Source: Blastocatellia bacterium
GTDB lineage: Bacteria > Acidobacteriota > Blastocatellia > RBC074
DNA: 64,000 nucleotides
Direction of reading: 5' to 3'
Assembly: GCA_035275345.1 (NCBI GenBank)
Contig: DATEMY010000594.1
Coordinates: forward strand, 7,084-71,083
Each line of letters begins with the position of its first letter. The first letter of the stretch is position 1. A program made the position numbers and the translations under genes. This document shows, piece after piece, positions 1 to 8,806 of this stretch. The notes under the pieces were generated by a model. That model searched no databases, had not been told where the DNA came from, and saw nothing but the letters and a program-made list of their open reading frames with translations.

Positions 1-177
1 TCTCCAAGCTCTCAGGTAGTTCAGGGGCTTCTGTGCGCCGCGGAAAGAAAAGACTTCCACATCGACGCCTGCGCGCCGCAGGAAATTCACTTGCTGCACA
101 AGGAAAGGAACGGCGTGGGGGCGTTCAGGCGTAGGCCATTGGCTGGAAACCATTAAGACGCGTATGGGTACATGCAT
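1..177 (-). CDS. Glycosyltransferase (GT-B, GT4/GT1-like), N-terminal fragment cut by window edge
   Basis: Hand translation of the minus strand from ATG (175-177) to position 1 is open. It reads MHVPIRVLMVSSQWPTPERPHAVPFLVQQVNFLRRAGVDVEVFSFRGAQKPLNYLRAWR, which resembles the first beta-alpha-beta of GT4-type transferases. It lies 15 nt downstream of the preceding gene in the same direction. It is not in the supplied ORF track. Confidence 0.4.
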   Translation of the reverse strand, partial: MHVPIRVLMVSSQWPTPERPHAVPFLVQQVNFLRRAGVDVEVFSFRGAQKPLNYLRAWR

Positions 178-192
178 TTGGAAATTTTCTCG

Positions 193-1626
193 CTATCGTT
201 TCTTGGGAAACTGTTCGATCATCAATCGCGATGCGTGACGATAGGTGGCAGGCGCCAGAACAGGTTGATGAATGTTAGGTGATGAGAGGAGGTTCCGCCG
301 ATCTCGCTTTTTATTGCTGGAGCCGTAGCCGTAGGCCACAGCATAGGCGAATATCAGCCAACCTTGTTTTGCCGCTTCCCATGGTACGGTCATGTTCACC
401 ATTAAGACGGCCAGAGCCAGAGCGAAAGGAAGAATTCCCTGCGTAGTTGCGCGCGCCTTCCAACCTGCCCACAGGCATAATCCAATACAGATGAATAGAG
501 GCGCCGCTCCCACAATTCCAGTTGAGGTTAAGACTTCGAGCGCCAGATTGTGGGTAGCTCTGGTTTTGCGTGTCTTACGCTTGGTCGGGTCTCCGAATTC
601 CAGGCTCTTGGTCCGCTCAAACAGTTCGTACTGCTGATTGCCGGGGCCCCAGCCGAATAAAGGTTTTTCCTCAATCATGTCGAATGCATGGGGGTATATA
701 TATTGTCGACCCGACATGTCTCCGCGCTTAACCGCCTTGTTGTAACGGCTCTTCATTGGTTCCGTGTTGATGATCACCCAAAGCGCTAAACTTAGCGCAG
801 ACAGAACGACAATGAAATTCCTGAACATTTTAAAGATATTGCCTTGCTTTAGCGTGAAAGCGAGAAACCCTACCCCGAGAGCCGCCATCCCGCCGCGAGA
901 ACCGGTCATGATGAGGCAAACTCCCTGGAGCGCCATCATCGGCCCGATCATCAAATAGAATCGCAGCTTGGTAATCAAACTGGATCGCCGCTTGATCGCC
1001 CCTAACCCGAAAGAAAGGCCCAGGAGCGCAATTATTCCTAAGGCCATGTTGGCGCCAACGATATTGGGGTCTTGTCCGAGAACTGTGCGCCTTGCTCCTT
1101 CGGAAGTTGAAAGGTAGACCGTAGTCCCGATGCCCAGTACCATCAAGGATGCCACTGCCGCGGAAGAGATCGCAAAACTCAATAAGGCGCCTCTGACTAT
1201 CGCCTCATACCCCAACAAGTTATAGCAAATCCAGAAAAGGAACGCCGCTTGAAGTAGATTAAGGAAGAATATCAATGCCTCGTTCATGTGATTTGAGTAG
1301 AACAAGGCCAATGCCATATAGATGAACAAATAGACTGTAAACCACCAGAATGCCTTGGGCGCCTTACGAAAGCAGATCCTTGGTTGAATCAAGGCGATCA
1401 TCATGAAGATCGCTCCGGTTATCGTATGTACCTCCAGCGGAATCGGCCTCGGTGGATACTCTAATGGGATTGAAAACACGAACCCGTAGAAAGCCCAGCG
1501 AACAATGGGATTCACAGCGAAGTGGGCGGGCTGACGCATCAGCCCTGAGCGGGGTTGATTGGCGACCGGACCTACCGTCAAGGCCGCGCTTAACCCTGCT
1601 TTTCCTGACAATGTGGCGCTGTTCAT
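193..1626 (-). CDS. O-antigen ligase / Wzy-like polysaccharide polymerase family membrane protein
   Basis: The 477-aa ORF is hydrophobic throughout, with about 10-12 TM helices. A large soluble loop is followed by a Wzy_C-like segment (RATHNLALEVLTSTGIVGAAPLF). Its start overlaps the stop of the upstream flippase ORF by 4 nt (1623-1626). Confidence 0.75.
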   Translation of the reverse strand: MNSATLSGKAGLSAALTVGPVANQPRSGLMRQPAHFAVNPIVRWAFYGFVFSIPLEYPPRPIPLEVHTITGAIFMMIALIQPRICFRKAPKAFWWFTVYLFIYMALALFYSNHMNEALIFFLNLLQAAFLFWICYNLLGYEAIVRGALLSFAISSAAVASLMVLGIGTTVYLSTSEGARRTVLGQDPNIVGANMALGIIALLGLSFGLGAIKRRSSLITKLRFYLMIGPMMALQGVCLIMTGSRGGMAALGVGFLAFTLKQGNIFKMFRNFIVVLSALSLALWVIINTEPMKSRYNKAVKRGDMSGRQYIYPHAFDMIEEKPLFGWGPGNQQYELFERTKSLEFGDPTKRKTRKTRATHNLALEVLTSTGIVGAAPLFICIGLCLWAGWKARATTQGILPFALALAVLMVNMTVPWEAAKQGWLIFAYAVAYGYGSSNKKRDRRNLLSSPNIHQPVLAPATYRHASRLMIEQFPKKR

Positions 1627-4568
1627 TTACGCAAAATGACGCTTATCGGACGGACTGTGGAGTCACTACCGGCCAGGTATGATGACCCGATGACCTCCAG
1701 ATCATCAGTCAGCATGGACTTTAACTTGTCGTGGAAATCCCTGGGCTTCTCTGAACTGTCTCCCCCATACACGAGAACCCTCCATGGGATGGCGCATAGA
1801 CTCTCGACCAAGCGGGCGCGATCGCCCCCCGAGAGACAAAACACTACTGCGGCAGGCAGCCTGGGGCGAAGGTATTCCGGGATGTCGTCTTCCAATCGAT
1901 ATTCGCCTTCGAGTTCGGCGCCGATCAGGGAGAATCTGGTCACTCCCAGAGAAAGCAAAAGGGGCTCTGTATGGGCCACGACTTCGGGCGAATCCCATCC
2001 AATGCCCCAGGCTGCTCCTTCAACCAAAGATGATTGCAGAGTCGCTCCTGAGTTACAGCCGATGTCCAGGACAACTCTTCCTTTCAGGCTTACGGAGGAC
2101 TTAGTAAATGCATCGGCGATGAACGACCACCGCTTGCCGGCGTTCTTGTCGCCGGGTACGTACATTCCGGCAGTGAATTGGTTGGAGCTGGCGCGATTCA
2201 TAGCTTTCCAGTTAAGGCCATTGCTATTGGGTAGATCTCTATTGGCGTTCGAGATTATCTGCTCTGACCAGGCTTGGGGATTTGAAAGGCCGAAGTTCTG
2301 GAAGTCTATATATTGAACCCGTCCCAGCTTATTCGAGTAGATCAGATTCTTGTTGCAATGCGGCGCCTTAAAGTCGATATTCTCTTCCCACTTGGGGATC
2401 AGTATCCTGAGATGGGTGCTCAGATTGAGGCGCTTGAGTTGATGCAAAAAGGACTCATACTGTTGGGTAGTTGGACACTCGCCGCTTACATGATCAGCCA
2501 CGAATACTGAATAAGTGGCGCCTTTAGCCTTCCAGCAGGTTAAATCCCAGATCCTTGGCCCAATACCGGATGAATACATCAGGTTTGCGGCGACCAGCCG
2601 GTCTTGAGGGGTTCCAAGTAGACGCTTAAGAACAATGAGAGTCTTGCGGTGGTTATAAAGGTAGCGCGCGCGCGCCGGATGGCGAAAGTCTTTAAGGACT
2701 TTGAAACCCGTTCCGGGAGGGTAAAAGCGAATGATTGATGGGATTATTTCGCTTAATCCTTCCTGGGGCGGGATATAAAAAGTGTGCCCTCCCTCGCTCA
2801 CCTCGATGCCCCGGGATCTGAACCAGGCAATCAGTTCGCCGGGAGAATCACAATGAGGAAATGGCACATTCCACGTTATCGCCGCCTGGTTCGGCGCCCT
2901 GCGGAAGCTTCCGTGACGAAACCCCGCAACCCCCCAGAAACCGTTCTGAATAATATGGCGAAGGACCAGAAAATTATCGTAAATGACTTCAACAACCTTA
3001 TATGCCGTTTCATTGTGGCGCAGATAGGCTTTCACACGCGCTTTCAGATTATCAGTACAATATTGCTGCACCTTGTCAATCGCTCCGAGAGAACTCTTGC
3101 TAAGCCACCTGTTCGGTAACAGCAGCGCCGCCGCAATAACGCCGATCATCGACGCCGCCACCGTGACGGCGAGAATGACAAGATGAGGTAACTGTTTAGC
3201 CCGAAGCAGGGAAGTCACAGGCATCGCTAAGACGGCTACTGAAACTCCAAAGACCACTCCGGGCAGCTGTGATAAGAAAAACTCTCTCCATCTGGATTTC
3301 GTCAAATAAATGCTCAGCTGTCCCAACAACAGGTAGATGACGGACAGAGCTACAACAACTCCGATCGCCACTCCGTTAATTCCATAGGTTGAGCCTATAA
3401 CAGAGCCGACGATAACACAGGTCGCATAAACGGCATGGCATCCGAATTTTAAATAGACCGCTCCCTTTGCGCGGGCCAGGGAGTCTCCCAGGTTATAAAT
3501 AGAATGAAAGATTCCCCCCAGACATAGAATCTGAAGTGGAGCTATAGCGCCTGTCCACTGCGGGCCGAATACCCCTGCCATTACTTCCGGGGCCGAGATA
3601 GCAAGCATAGTCAGAAGAGGGATGACAATGATCGCGGAAAAAAAGACCGATGCGATATAGGCTCGCTTCAATGCCGCTGTGTCGTCTTGCATCCTGGAAT
3701 AGACGGGAAATAGCACTAAACTAATGACCGATGAGAACTGGTACATCGGCAAAGAGACCAGTTGATAGGCCCTGGAATATAAACCCAAATCAACGGCGCC
3801 GAGCCAGCGGCCGACCACGAAGTAGTCGCCGTTGAGCGCGGCGTAATTGGCGAGTCGAGACAGGCTCGATCCCACGCCGAAATTCAAGAGTTGACGCGCC
3901 TCGGCCTGCGCGAAACTTGGCCGCAATGAGTGGGGAGATGCGGTGAAGAGCAATCCCGCCCGTATTACGGATTCGACGACCATCGCCCAGGCCAAGGCCC
4001 ATACCCCGGCTCCCGACGCCGCGAGTATTATTCCTACCAGCGCATACCCGATCGAATAAGAAGTAAGCTCTACTAAAAAGAGCTTTCGATAATCAAGCTT
4101 CCGCTCAAGGAGCGCCGCGGAGGTAGAGCCGAAGCTCGAAAACAGAAATGACAGCGAAATGAACCTCAGAAGCTGGGGCGCCGCGTCATTACGAAAGATT
4201 GCCGCCACCGCTGGCGCGCTCGCCCAGATAGCCGCAGAGATCACTACGCCGCTCAAGATTGATACCGTGAACGCAACGCGCACATGCCTCTTGGTCAGTT
4301 CTTTGCGCTGGATTATTGCGGGCGCCATTCCGATTTGGGAGACCCTGTAGGCAAGGTTTGTTACGATCATGACCAGAGTCAGAAGCCCAAAGGCGTCTAC
4401 CGGCAGAAGCCGCGCCAGTATGATGTTTACAAACAACCGCAGAACGAATGTTGACGACTCGGACAGAAAGCGCCATGCGAATGCGCCGATTGTGCGTTCA
4501 AATAAAGGGACCGCGTCCGGCGACTCCCTTTCCACGCCATCGAGTTCCGCTCTTTCCGTCACACGCAT
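1623..4568 (-). CDS. Wzx/MOP-family polysaccharide flippase fused to a C-terminal soluble module (kinase-like region plus class I SAM methyltransferase)
   Basis: The ORF is 981 aa. Residues ~25-495 are multi-TM and typical of polysaccharide biosynthesis/MOP flippases (FAWRFLSESSTFVLRLFVNIILARLL, RAYQLVSLPMYQFSSVISLVLFPVYSRMQ). Residues ~496-981 are soluble, with SAM-binding motif I GRVVLDIGCNSG (nt 2046-2081) near the C-terminus. The preceding ~300 aa carry weak kinase-like landmarks (GFKVLKDF, HCNKNLIY, YIDFQNF). Confidence 0.8.
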   Translation of the reverse strand: MRVTERAELDGVERESPDAVPLFERTIGAFAWRFLSESSTFVLRLFVNIILARLLPVDAFGLLTLVMIVTNLAYRVSQIGMAPAIIQRKELTKRHVRVAFTVSILSGVVISAAIWASAPAVAAIFRNDAAPQLLRFISLSFLFSSFGSTSAALLERKLDYRKLFLVELTSYSIGYALVGIILAASGAGVWALAWAMVVESVIRAGLLFTASPHSLRPSFAQAEARQLLNFGVGSSLSRLANYAALNGDYFVVGRWLGAVDLGLYSRAYQLVSLPMYQFSSVISLVLFPVYSRMQDDTAALKRAYIASVFFSAIIVIPLLTMLAISAPEVMAGVFGPQWTGAIAPLQILCLGGIFHSIYNLGDSLARAKGAVYLKFGCHAVYATCVIVGSVIGSTYGINGVAIGVVVALSVIYLLLGQLSIYLTKSRWREFFLSQLPGVVFGVSVAVLAMPVTSLLRAKQLPHLVILAVTVAASMIGVIAAALLLPNRWLSKSSLGAIDKVQQYCTDNLKARVKAYLRHNETAYKVVEVIYDNFLVLRHIIQNGFWGVAGFRHGSFRRAPNQAAITWNVPFPHCDSPGELIAWFRSRGIEVSEGGHTFYIPPQEGLSEIIPSIIRFYPPGTGFKVLKDFRHPARARYLYNHRKTLIVLKRLLGTPQDRLVAANLMYSSGIGPRIWDLTCWKAKGATYSVFVADHVSGECPTTQQYESFLHQLKRLNLSTHLRILIPKWEENIDFKAPHCNKNLIYSNKLGRVQYIDFQNFGLSNPQAWSEQIISNANRDLPNSNGLNWKAMNRASSNQFTAGMYVPGDKNAGKRWSFIADAFTKSSVSLKGRVVLDIGCNSGATLQSSLVEGAAWGIGWDSPEVVAHTEPLLLSLGVTRFSLIGAELEGEYRLEDDIPEYLRPRLPAAVVFCLSGGDRARLVESLCAIPWRVLVYGGDSSEKPRDFHDKLKSMLTDDLEVIGSSYLAGSDSTVRPISVILRK

Positions 4569-4651
4569 TATTTTAAAAGGATTGTTCTCGCCGCACGTGA
4601 TGAATATACGGGGATGGCCGCTTCCGTATAATCATAACAGTGGATTTTCTC

Positions 4652-6214
4652 TCAAGCTCCCGCGCCTTTTACATATTGCGGGGCGGCTTCTTTTATCAAT
4701 TCCTCCGCCCAGCCATTTTGGAGTACGAGGCGCGATGCGCGTTCATGATCGAGGTATTTCACGTTGCTATACATCGGATCGTGATAATCCTTGATCTTAC
4801 CGCTTTCGATAGCTTCGATAACTTGTTTCACACCTTGCTCCACAGTCCACTCAGGCGCATAACCAAGGGTGTCGTGTATCTTATTGAAATTAACACGGTA
4901 ATTGCGGCGGTCCGTGTCCGAACCCAGATCAACGATCTGAGCGGCAGGCACAAATTGATTTATGATTGAGCCAACTTGGTCAATGGTGTAGTTCTGTTCA
5001 TTCGAACCGACGTTGAAGGTCTGATGCTCGACCAGCGAAATTGGGGCTTCCAAAGTTTTGAAAACAGCCAATGCGGCGTCGCTCACATGCACGAAGGGAC
5101 GCCATTGATCACCGCCACAGATTGTAATCTGGCCTTCAATGAGGGCTTTCGCAGTAAGAAGGTTGATCACGAGGTCGAACCGAGTGCGACCAGAAAGGCC
5201 ATAGATGGTGCCAAAGCGCAGTACGGCAGGAGCGAAATCAGCGTCACACATGCTCATTAGAACCCGTTCTGACGCGATCTTACTGCGGGCGTATAGAGAA
5301 ACGGGGTTAAGTTCGGAATTTTCATCCAAAACTTCGTCGCAAGCGCCGTAGACCGAACAAGTGCTGGCGAAGATAAAGCGGCTGACCCCGCTCCCCTTGG
5401 CCACCTCGGCGATCATCCGCGTGGCCATCAGGTTGACTTCGATAGTTAGATCTTCATCCAGGGCGCAGGCCGGGTCGCCGACGATAGCGCCCAGATGAAT
5501 AACCGCATCCATGTTCTTCGTCGCCTCTACGACTTTATGGACATGGCGGAAATCAGCGTGCACGATTTCCAGCCGGGGGTGATACAAGAAATCCTGAGCC
5601 GCCTCAGAGCCATAGAGAAATAAATCTAACAGGCGCACGTTGTACCCTTTCTCCAACAGCATTGGCAACAAGGCGGAGCCGATGTAGCCGGCGCCTCCGA
5701 TAAGCAGAACATTCCGCCCTTTATCTTCCTCGTTCTGCTTAACCCCACGAGGTTCTGCGAGCACTATATTGGACCAAAGGGAAGACCAAAATCTGGAGCC
5801 TACTAGCAGAACTATGCTAGTAAACCAGGCGTACAGATATGTCCCGCGCTGGAGACCGGGGCCGTTTGTGACGTACGCAAGAAAACCAAAAAGTAAGAAA
5901 GCTAAACTGATGGCATGGATTACGATCAAAGCTTTATATCGCCCTCGGTAAGTACGTCCGTAAGAATAAAACCCGCTAAAAGAAAAGACGATCAGGCAGA
6001 CCAGCGTCAGTTGAATGCCGCTGTTACGGTACCCAATAATGTTATTCCACAGGAATTGCTTGTAAATAACTTTGTCCGCCGCATCCTCAGTCATTATGAG
6101 ATGAACCAACCGGATAACTATCGAAGTGAGGATAGCGACATTTATGAGAAAGGCATCAGCCAAACCCCGAAACACCATAGCCCGTTTAATACTCAAGCGA
6201 TTAAATATACCCAT
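4652..6214 (-). CDS. Membrane-anchored NAD-dependent sugar epimerase/dehydratase (extended SDR)
   Basis: The first ~150 aa contain about 4 hydrophobic helices. They are followed by a Rossmann motif LLIGGAGYIGSALL and the catalytic YxxxK (YARSKIASE). The gene sits in an EPS operon. Confidence 0.85.
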   Translation of the reverse strand: MGIFNRLSIKRAMVFRGLADAFLINVAILTSIVIRLVHLIMTEDAADKVIYKQFLWNNIIGYRNSGIQLTLVCLIVFSFSGFYSYGRTYRGRYKALIVIHAISLAFLLFGFLAYVTNGPGLQRGTYLYAWFTSIVLLVGSRFWSSLWSNIVLAEPRGVKQNEEDKGRNVLLIGGAGYIGSALLPMLLEKGYNVRLLDLFLYGSEAAQDFLYHPRLEIVHADFRHVHKVVEATKNMDAVIHLGAIVGDPACALDEDLTIEVNLMATRMIAEVAKGSGVSRFIFASTCSVYGACDEVLDENSELNPVSLYARSKIASERVLMSMCDADFAPAVLRFGTIYGLSGRTRFDLVINLLTAKALIEGQITICGGDQWRPFVHVSDAALAVFKTLEAPISLVEHQTFNVGSNEQNYTIDQVGSIINQFVPAAQIVDLGSDTDRRNYRVNFNKIHDTLGYAPEWTVEQGVKQVIEAIESGKIKDYHDPMYSNVKYLDHERASRLVLQNGWAEELIKEAAPQYVKGAGA

Positions 6215-6292
6215 GATAGACGCCTTTTATATATTAGTCGGAGTTGGACGCTATTATGTTATCGACGGAGGGGCGCCGAATGCGCGACGCGA

Positions 6293-8806
6293 TTAACCAT
6301 CTTTATTTTCGGGGCCTTTCACCCCTTTGGCGCCGCCTTGAAGAAAACTGCCTTCGGTCAACTTTCGCCGTAATGGCTTAAAGTAAGCGTCGCTATATTT
6401 ACTATGGGAGATTGGAGCGATGTTTAGCACAACGCCGAGGATTTTGGCGCCCACGCTGAGAAGCTCTCGTCGACTGCGACGAACAACGTCCCGATTACTT
6501 TTACCAGCGTGCACGACGAGGATGACGCCGTCAACGAGCGTTGACAGAATTACTGGGTCGGCCAGATTGGTCATCGGGGGAGAGTCGATAATAATATGGT
6601 CGAAGTGTTGGGAAAGCGTTTCCAACAGCCACTTCATCCTTTGGGAACTGAGCAGCTCGGCCGGCTTCTTCGGAATAGATCCGCTCGGAAGCACTGACAC
6701 CTTTTGTGTCTTATATTGCAGGATCACATCTTTTAGCTCCGCCCTGCCTAATAGAAATTCGGATAAACCGGGGCTCGGATTAAGTCCCAGCCTCTCAGAA
6801 ATTCTCGGGGTGCGAAGGTCGCAATCGATGATTAGCACCGACTTTCCGAGTTGCGCTATGCTCATCGCAGTGTTGATGGTTGTGGTGGTTTTCCCCTCAT
6901 TAGGTTGGCTGCTGGTGAAAAGCAGCGTCTTAGACGAGTCGATGTCAACCGAGAGCATGAATGACGCGACAAGCAAACGATAGGCCTCAGCCGCCGGAGA
7001 TTGGCTGTCGAGAGCTAAGGCGAGCGCCAGGGAAGATTCATCCGGTTTACCGACAAATTGGTCGGCCGGGTTTCTTGGCATGAATGCGCGCCTGGGAGGC
7101 AGGTCAATTTTCGGAATTGCAGCCAGAGTCGGCAATTGTAAGTGGCGGTCGATGTCGTCGATGTCCTGAATATTTTGGTCGAAGTATTCAAGTAGTATAG
7201 CGAGGCCGACTCCCAGGAACAGGCTGAAGCCCAGAGCGATCAATATCCATAGTTTGCGGGAGGGACCGATATCTAGGCTCGGAGTGCGCGCAGGCTGGAT
7301 CACGCGTATGTTGTTTTCTTGTTGGGCCATTTCGAATTTTGCCTGGTTACTCTTTTCCAGGAAACCCCGATATAGAGACTTGGATGTTTCAACTTCCTGT
7401 TGGAGTATGCCGTACTGGATCGTTTCCACATTTTCCTGCGCGCCCGCTTGTCTCGCCTGTTCCATCGCCCCCTTTAATGATTTTTCGTCACGGAGCGCGC
7501 GTTCATAGTCGATCCTCAGCTTTTCTTCCAACGTCCTGCCATAGGAATCTATCTGCTTCTGGATGGATGCTATCTGCTGGTTGATTTCGATGCTCTGGGG
7601 ATGATCGGGGCCGTAATTAACATCAAGTTGAGCGGATTGGATCGTAAGCTCGCTGAGCTTTTTCTGCAGCTCTGTAACCCTCGGGTTGGTAAAAGCCTCT
7701 GGGATCAGCGCGACGCGCCCCCGCTTCGCCTCTTGATAGAGTGATTCTTTGATTATCCGCTCGGTTTCGGCGCGCGTGACTTCTCCCTGGATTCGCGTGA
7801 CTTTTTCAGCGGCCAGGGATCCCTTGCCCAGCGGCGCGATGATTGTGTGATCTCTAGAGTAGTTGGCAAGCGCCTGTTCGGCTTTCTCAGCCCTCGACTT
7901 GAGTTCTTGCGTCGTACGTTCAAGCCATCCCGACGTTTCAGTCAGCTTGTCAGCCTTGCCCTGGAAACTGCGCTGTATGAACAACTGAGTGATACGGTTG
8001 CAGACAGCCGCTGCGAGGGCCGGGTTCGGATGCGCAAACTCGATTTTTATCAGGCGCGTGTCAGCTATAGCTTCCACGGAGTACATCTCTTCGAAAAGCG
8101 CAACGTAAGGCTCCAGGCGCCATCTATCATCGGGCGAAATTTGGCGCATGGACGCCGTCTGCGCCTCTGGAATAACAACTGTCTCGGGAATGTTCAAAAC
8201 TGGATTCGGAGCCGGCCGTAAGAATATACTGCTAGCGATGCTCTTAAGTGTCTCGCCGATCGTTTTTTTTCCCGGATCCAACAATTCAGGGTTTTGATCC
8301 AGCTTCATTTCGACTATCACTTCCTCGATTAGAGAGACGCTATCGAGCATAAAGAGCTTCGTCTTGATGCTTTCGTCGCCCTGTATAACCAAATCATTCT
8401 CTCCATACTTAACCAGCGACGTGTCTTCTTTACCGATAGAAATCACTGAATATGATCGGTAATATTCTTTTCTTCGATATATCTCGAATGTCACGAGAAG
8501 GGTGATAACAATGACCAGGATTGCAATTAACCGCCTGCGTTTGAATATTCCCCTGATATATTTAGCGTATTCGATTTGAGCGCCGCTCTCCTCGGCGCCG
8601 TAATTGTAGCCAGGCGCTTCCTGCTGGTATGACGCTCGAGGATAAGCGGCCTGTCCGGGAAATGTGTCGCTCGCGATGAGGCGGCGTTCTATCACGGTTT
8701 GTTTAGAGAGAGTATTGTCTCCCTCTATCTTGTAGATGACATAGTCCTGTTCATCTGACATTGGCGATTCTCCATACGCTGCTACCGCGCGCTTGGGGTA
8801 GCCCAA
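6293..8806 (-). CDS. Polysaccharide co-polymerase / BY-kinase (Wzc/GumC-like)
   Basis: An N-terminal Wzz-type region has a TM helix (LIAILVIVITLLVTFEIY), followed by a long coiled coil and a second TM (LWILIALGFSLFLGVGLAILLEYF). The C-terminal P-loop domain has Walker A SSQPNEGKTTTTIN, Walker A' VLIIDCDLRTP and Walker B HIIIDSPP. An alternative start MSDEQDY at 8761 would shrink the overlap with the upstream ORF. Confidence 0.85.
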   Translation of the reverse strand: MGYPKRAVAAYGESPMSDEQDYVIYKIEGDNTLSKQTVIERRLIASDTFPGQAAYPRASYQQEAPGYNYGAEESGAQIEYAKYIRGIFKRRRLIAILVIVITLLVTFEIYRRKEYYRSYSVISIGKEDTSLVKYGENDLVIQGDESIKTKLFMLDSVSLIEEVIVEMKLDQNPELLDPGKKTIGETLKSIASSIFLRPAPNPVLNIPETVVIPEAQTASMRQISPDDRWRLEPYVALFEEMYSVEAIADTRLIKIEFAHPNPALAAAVCNRITQLFIQRSFQGKADKLTETSGWLERTTQELKSRAEKAEQALANYSRDHTIIAPLGKGSLAAEKVTRIQGEVTRAETERIIKESLYQEAKRGRVALIPEAFTNPRVTELQKKLSELTIQSAQLDVNYGPDHPQSIEINQQIASIQKQIDSYGRTLEEKLRIDYERALRDEKSLKGAMEQARQAGAQENVETIQYGILQQEVETSKSLYRGFLEKSNQAKFEMAQQENNIRVIQPARTPSLDIGPSRKLWILIALGFSLFLGVGLAILLEYFDQNIQDIDDIDRHLQLPTLAAIPKIDLPPRRAFMPRNPADQFVGKPDESSLALALALDSQSPAAEAYRLLVASFMLSVDIDSSKTLLFTSSQPNEGKTTTTINTAMSIAQLGKSVLIIDCDLRTPRISERLGLNPSPGLSEFLLGRAELKDVILQYKTQKVSVLPSGSIPKKPAELLSSQRMKWLLETLSQHFDHIIIDSPPMTNLADPVILSTLVDGVILVVHAGKSNRDVVRRSRRELLSVGAKILGVVLNIAPISHSKYSDAYFKPLRRKLTEGSFLQGGAKGVKGPENKDG

